Translations under genes and position numbers: made by a program | Assembly: GCF_964355755.1 (NCBI RefSeq) | Contig: NC_092674.1 | Span: 1,674,001 to 1,738,000, forward strand | Length of the DNA: 64,000 bases | Source: Antedon mediterranea | Taxonomy: Eukaryota; Animalia; Echinodermata | Direction of reading: 5' to 3' | The notes under the pieces: model-generated | Seen by the model: only the letters and a program-made list of their open reading frames with translations | Databases searched by the model: none | What the model was told of the DNA's origin: nothing | Shown here: one piece after another, positions 57,401 to 64,000 of the stretch | How the letters are laid out: each line of letters begins with the position of its first letter | How positions within the stretch are numbered: the stretch's first letter is position 1

Positions 57401-60400
57401 CGATGTCCTTCGGTTGTGACATCTAGGTAATTATTTTCAATTATGGTTAGTACACAACTTAACGTATTTATGTATACAACATATTATGCTGTATATAACT
57501 TTCTTAATACTATGATGAAATGAAAAAATGACAAACATGTGAAGAATTTTATAAAAATGACATAAATCAGGAAATGTACAAACTAATTTTGCGTTAAAGA
57601 TTGAATGAGATTGATAACATCACGTACATCGAATTTGGTTACCTAATACTGTACCACAAATGAAAATAAAGACAACAATGAATCAATTGAATATCAAAAA
57701 AAATAAAATTGAAAAAATAATAATTTACAGTTAAAAAATAACTGGGTTTACCTTTGACCTTTTCCCCCGACTTGCCTCCACTTCCACTTTTAAAGTTTGA
57801 ACTTGATCAACTGCTTGTTTCTAAAAATATGAAAACAACATTTTAAGAATAAAATATTAAAAAAAAAGTTGATTAATATTAACTGATTTTTGGAAAATGT
57901 TTCGGACCATTTTTTTCTGCAGTTGCGTGATTTCAGCTTCTTTAACCTTCAGTTCTTTCTCTTGTTGTTTGGATTTCTGAAAAAAAAAAAAACAACAATT
58001 TAATGGAAATCCTGAAACATTATATTCACTTAAGCGAAATACTTAATATTTAATTTATTAAAAAATGCTTCCAGAAATGGAGATACATCCAACTTACAAA
58101 GCAAAAAATTAATATATACAAAACAAAACGAAAAAAATTTAAATCTGAGAACACCCTCAATAAGAGTATCAGATAATTATAAGTGTAGGATAACTTAACA
58201 GTTGTAACAATTTCACAATCATTACAATTACAATTACAATTACAATTCAGTTGTTTGTTTGTATTTCAAGGAAAATATCAATATGTAATTGGTGAACACT
58301 GGGATATTAAAATTTCAATTAGACTTCAGAAAATACCTTTTTCATGGAGAGCATCTGTTGTTCATAACGATTTTTTATCTCGTCTTTACTGCCCTCTCTT
58401 TCTAAATCCATCATTGTCTGAGCGTCTTCCAACGCCCTCTCTAAGTCATTTATTTTGTTTCGATATAATTCTTTCACTTCTTTATTTTTTTCTTTCCAAT
58501 TCTTTTCCTGTTTTTTCATTTCTTTATGCATGCTACTTTTCATCAAATTCACCTATCATAAACATAACCATTTACATTATTAACAAAGCATGTGTTAAGC
58601 TCTCTCTACACTATCAAACTTTATGTGACAAGAAAATGTGATGTGTTCATATATAGACATGGTGATGATGTCATATCACTACCATATTTGGGCAAATCAC
58701 ACTTATCAAACTAGTTTGATAGTGTAGACAAAGCTTACTATGGAGCCTATAGAATTGCAACTTGAAGGTCTTTATTCAAAATAGTTATTTTAGAGTCATA
58801 ATTATTCTATCAAAAAATAAGTACTATTAACTGTCTTACTTCTTCTAGTTGCTTCTTCAATTGATCAAACTCTTCCTGTTGTTCATCTAATTTTGTTTTA
58901 TATTCAGCAATGTCATCGTCATCTTGTAATGTTCCTAGCATTGATGCTTTACCTACAGTGAAAATAAATGAAAATATAAAATTGAAAAAAAGTGGTCTCT
59001 CCGGATAATGTGAAATGCCTCCAAAACATTGCAAGACCATCGGTACAATATTCTGCTATGGCAAGCCAAGTATGCCAAAATTCATCAATTCATACCAGTG
59101 AAATGCCTCAAAAACATTGCAATAGGTAAAATATTTTGCTATGGCAATCCAAGTGTGCCAAAATTCCTTAAGTAATACCATTCAACATCAATTCATTCAT
59201 ATCAATTAAAACCATTCAGTACGATATTCTTCCTCTGATATATTTTTTTTTAGAAAACAACCTATACTTATTAATAGCATTGATTGTTTCATACAGCTTG
59301 TTGTCAACTCCTACTCAAGTGTACAGTCTGGTTCACTGTTGACGTCTTCATATTGTTGTCAACTCCTAAAGTGTACAGTCTGGTTCACTGTTGACGTGTT
59401 CATATTGTTGTCAACTCCTAAAGTGTACAGTCTGGTTCACTGTTGACGTGTTCATATTGTTGTCAACTCCTAAAGTGTACAGTCTGGTTCACTGTTGATG
59501 TGTTCATATTGTTGTCAACTCCTAAAGTGTACAGTCTGGTTCACTGTTGACGTGTTCATATTGTTGTCAACTCCTAAAGTGTACAGTCTGGTTCACTGTT
59601 GATGTGTTCATACAGCTTGTTGTCAACTCCTACTCAAGTGTACAGTCTGGTTCACTGTTGACGTGTTCATATTGTTGTCAACTCCTAAAGTGTACAGTCT
59701 GGTTCACTGTTGACGTGTTCATATTGTTGTCAACTCCTACTCAAGTGTACAGTCTGGTTCACTGTTGATGTGTTCATATTGTTGTCAACTCCTAAAGTGT
59801 ACAGTCTGGTTCACTGTTGACGTGTTCATATTGTTGTCAACTCCTAAAGTGTACAGTCTGGTTCACTGTTGACGTGTTCATATTGTTGTCAACTCCTCAA
59901 GTGTACAGTCTGGTTCACTGTTGACGTGTTCATATTGTTGTCAACTCCTAAAGTGTACAGTCTGGTTCACTGTTGACGTGTTCATATTGTTGTCAACTCC
60001 TAAAGTGTACAGTCTGGTTCACTGTTGACGTGTTCATATTGTTGTCAACTCCTAAAGTGTACAGTCTGGTTCACTGTTGATGTGTTCATATTGTTGTCAA
60101 CTCCTAAAGTGTACAGTCTGGTTCACTGTTGACGTGTTCATATTGTTGTCAACTCCTAAAGTGTACAGTCTGGTTCACTGTTGATGTGTTCATACAGCTT
60201 GTTGTCAACTCCTACTCAAGTGTACAGTCTGGTTCACTGTTGACGTGTTCATATTGTTGTCAACTCCTAAAGTGTACAGTCTGGTTCACTGTTGACGTGT
60301 TCATATTGTTGTCAACTCCTACTCAAGTGTACAGTCTGGTTCACTGTTGATGTGTTCATATTGTTGTCAACTCCTAAAGTGTACAGTCTGGTTCACTGTT

Positions 60401-63400
60401 GATGTGTTCATATTGTTGTCAACTCCTAAAGTGTACAGTCTGGTTCACTGTTGACGTGTTCATATTGTTGTCAACTCCTAAAGTGTACAGTCTGGTTCAC
60501 TGTTGATGTGTTCATACAGCTTGTTGTCAACTCCTACTCAAGTGTACAGTCTGGTTCACTGTTGACGTGTTCATATTGTTGTCAACTCCTAAAGTGTACA
60601 GTCTGGTTCACTGTTGATGTGTTCATACAGCTTGTTGTCAACTCCTCAAGTGTACAGTCTGGTTCACTGTTGATGTGTTCATATTGTTGTCAACTCCTAA
60701 AGTGTACAGTCTGGTTCACTGTTGATGTGTTCATATTGTTGTCAACTCCTAAAGTGTACAGTCTGGTTCACTGTTGACGTGTTCATATTGTTGTCAACTC
60801 CTCAAGTGTACAGTCTGGTTCACTGTTGACGTGTTCATATTGTTGTCAACTCCTAAAGTGTACAGTCTGGTTCACTGTTGATGTGTTCATATTGTTGTCA
60901 ACTCCTAAAGTGTACAGTCTGGTTCACTGTTGACGTGTTCATATTGTTGTCAACTCCTAAAGTGTACAGTCTGGTTCACTGTTGATGTGTTCATATTGTT
61001 GTCAACTCCTAAAGTGTACAGTCTGGTTCACTGTTGACGTGTTTATATTGTTGTCGTACAAATCTATTATTACTTACCATGTCTTTGCTGCAGCTCCACT
61101 AAAGCATGCTGGGATTCAGAGTATTTTGCGTTTATTTCTTTCAACTCAGTCATAAACATGTCACGTAAGCTGTTTATTTCATGCTGAAATAAAAAAAAAA
61201 CAAACAAAAAAAATGGTCATGAAAAATGTCTGCCCCTATGCTGGTGAACACTGCTTTCTGTGGCATGGATATTGACTTATAGAAGTCATAGACTTCATTT
61301 ACACTTATGATTGGGTACTACGCCGGCCCAGGTCCAAATTAATTGTTTGGGCCTGATCCAGCGTGTTTACACTTGCTTTCCAAACTATGGCCCTAAAGAT
61401 TAATCTACTGCATTTTCTCAAGTCATTGGTCACGGTTCACTGCATAAGCCTGGTCTAAACGTAAAAGTCGCTCCTGGACCTACTCGAGAGGTGGTCCAGA
61501 TCGGCATTCGGCCCTGGGCTGGTAAAAATCGTAAGTGTAAATGGGTCTAATATACCATTAAGGCCATTCTTTTTCATGTCAGAACATAATAAGTATTACA
61601 GAAAAAAAGTGGATGATGTGCTTGAGTATCTATACAATCATAATTCACAATCAATTCTATTGAGGTTCTTTTACCTTTTGGGCTTCCATTTGCTCCTGTC
61701 TAATGGCATCTAATTGCCGTATCTGTGCCTCCTCTTGTTTAGAATTCTCAAAGGCCACCTAGCAGAAAAATGTTACAACAATGTTAACAATACTCATGTT
61801 ATGTATAGAAAACTGTAGGAAATGAATTTGCAAAAGGCTTGGGAATACGGTCTAGGAGATTTAGGGAAGCAATGGTATTTTATATATACTGTATTACCTT
61901 TTCAGCAACTTTTTCTTGGTAATTTTTCTTCTCTTCTTCCAACTGATGTTGTGTCATCTTCAATTTGTCTTTTAATTCATTTAATTCAATTTCTTGTTTT
62001 TCGCTAATTTGTTTAAATTTTGATTGTATTGATGATCCAGATTCAGGATGTTTGCGTTCGACGTGAGACTGAAGATAACCGACATGAACAAATGCTTTTG
62101 GACAGTAGAGGCACTATATAGAAAGAAAATCAGTAAATAAATACAGGGATTTAAAATAAAAAATTATATTTATGTTTTTAAAAATCACACACACAAAAAG
62201 AAAACTAAAGCTGTGTCTACACTATTAAACTTTATGCGACAAAAAAATGTGATGTGCCCAAATATGGACATGCTGATGTCATATCACTACTGTACCATAT
62301 TTGGACATACCACTACCATGTTAGGTACATCACACATAACACTAGTTTGATAGTGTAGAAAGAGCTTAAGTAAACATTTATTACATTCAAAAAAGGTTAC
62401 TTAATCTTACACTGATTTTAATTTTGAATTTTCAAAAAATCTCAAATGCAACTTTAAACTGTAGAGGGCAGTCTAACTAATTGTCTTTGCTCTGAAAACT
62501 TACTTTATGATAGTTGTTTTCATTGGACTGTATAAAGCTTTGTTGGCTTGCTAACATTTTTTTGCGTCGTTTATTTTCTTGCTTAACTTGTTTAAGTTCT
62601 TCTGTTTGTTTGCTTATTTTCATTGTGACGTTGCTGTGAGCTTCAACCATTTTTGCGAGTTTCTGTTCTAAAGTACTGACAACACTTCCAAGATGCTCCT
62701 GAGAAATCTAAAATTAAGCAATTGAAAAAAGGAGGCAATACCCAGAGTCAATCCTTTCTTTCTAAAGCTCTGTCTCTACATTATCAAACTTTATGTGACA
62801 AAAAATGTGATCACATCACACTTTTTTGTCAAACTAGATTGATAGTGTAGACAGAGCTTAACAGCATTTTTCCATACATACTCAATAATAAATCTTTTTA
62901 GCTGAGACATTATGTCCAAGAATAATATTATTAAACAGGAAAGGATTACAACTCATGTACAAGTGCACGATAATGTGATTTTTTTCTGCAAGTAAGTTGA
63001 TCACTCACATAGGCAGATTCTAGTCTATGACGAGGAGCTTACACATTACCTAATCTGCACCTCAGATTCTAACAAAAAATACACTATATTAAAAATGTAC
63101 ATACCATTAAATATTCAATGATCATCTGAGCTAATTTGAATAATTTCACAAAGGTCGAGTCAACTGAACGGAGGTCAAGCTCCTGGTCAATGTTACAATA
63201 TGTCACATGCTGTATATTCTGCTGCAGAACGCTCCAATCAGCATCAGCTTTAATTCGATCAACATCCACAGCAGCTGTGTATTAAAAAAGTTAAAGTTTA
63301 TATATTATAATACTTTGTTACGTTGTTGTACGGCCTTGTGGAAAAAAAACCTTTCTGGTGAACGAGTTTTTTTATTGCTAGATTTTATTATTATTATTAT

Positions 63401-64000
63401 CATTATGATTCAGTGTTTTTGAAGCTGGATGAGATGTTTCAGTTAATTTTATGCCGTTTTACATTATTCTCAGAATTCCCTTGATTAAATTTTAATTGCA
63501 GAAAATAGATTAGTTACTACACTATTTTATATAACAGTCAGTTCTTTACATTCATGCTGTCCAGCCCATAGCCCAGTTTTTGGTGTGTTTTTTAAAATAG
63601 GTATTTTACTTTTTCACGCAAAAATCCTCTTTATGAGCTAGACTGGTTAAGTTAGGCCTATTTACCACACCTTCTTTTGGTGGTTGAGGGTCTCCTCCCC
63701 CTGGTTATGGCCTTGCTATTGTTCCCTTCACAAACCATCCAAAGCCCTGGAACATTCATTATACAGTTAAAAACAATTGCAAAACAAGTTTTAAAATATT
63801 ATTACTCTACAGTAAACTTTTCAAAAACCTTTGATACTTTTTTAAATATAAGCACAAAGGTTTTCAGATAGTTGACTCATACTCTATGGTTCTGGCTGTT
63901 GTTATTATTACCTATTTTACGCCAATCTAAACGCTCAGTCCTACGTGAAAACCGGAAGCTTCTTCGATTACCAGGCCCTTGAATTGAAGACTGCTGCTGC
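51397..64000 (-). CDS. DZIP1: Cilium assembly protein DZIP1 / DZIP1-like (Iguana), multi-exon, 5' end outside the window
   Basis: FRFSRRTERLDWRKI (about 63912-64000), AVDVDRI...FVKLFKLAQMIIEYLM (about 63104-63273), the single C2H2 finger CPYCPKAFVHVGYLQSHVERKH (about 62050-62114), and coiled-coil exons. The C-terminus GTSMWGSSSKG...KSSLVSVTDWDDDDDDLGLSDL* (last exon 51509-51397) resembles human SSLVTVTDW. Confidence 0.9.
56010..56876. repeat. Tandem repeat of about 87 bp, about 10 copies (DZIP1 intron)
   Basis: Unit tctagctctccactgaaataaaaagatttacaacccaacaccataaacaaaataatatataagaggaaagaaagcagagaagcaagag. Confidence 0.92.
59288..61056. repeat. 52-bp tandem repeat with 55/59-bp variants, about 33 copies (DZIP1 intron)
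   Basis: Unit ttgttgtcaactcctaaagtgtacagtctggttcactgttgacgtgttcata. Identical spurious ORFs at 59547 and 60129 indicate a 582-bp higher-order repeat. Confidence 0.95.
61289..61549. mobile_element. Harbinger-like MITE (family distinct from A)
   Basis: Left TAGACTTCATTTACACTTATGATT matches the reverse complement of right AATCGTAAGTGTAAATGGGTCTA. The interior is GC-rich. Confidence 0.7.

Overview
AT-rich, intron-containing animal DNA, not prokaryotic. The repeat types and gene style suggest an invertebrate deuterostome such as an echinoderm, but that is inference. Genes supported by the sequence: (1) two divergently oriented paralogous C2H2 zinc-finger-only genes built from 84-bp minisatellite-like repeats. 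The minus-strand copy (11873->8622) has 27 in-frame fingers plus about 10 frameshifted ones; the plus-strand copy (22591-24720) has 23. (2) A 4-exon CARF-like transcription factor between them. (3) A complete, about 26-exon ABCC4/MRP4 transporter. (4) A 59-aa SMCO4 head-to-head with ABCC4. (5) A 5'-truncated DZIP1. Non-coding DNA holds a 2.3-kb palindrome with six perfect AGGTCA-n-AGGTCA (DR1) motifs, about 10 unrelated minisatellites (largest about 91 x 73 bp), about 13 copies of one Harbinger-type MITE, a Helentron-like HINE, an element with a 9-bp TSD, 5S-derived and Deu/Nin-type SINE relics, and Merlin transposase relics. The most interesting candidates are the PRDM9-like hypervariable zinc-finger gene pair and the DR1-bearing palindrome just upstream of one of them. 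There is no CRISPR array. Coordinates and alignments were read by eye, so exon and repeat boundaries may be off by a few bases.
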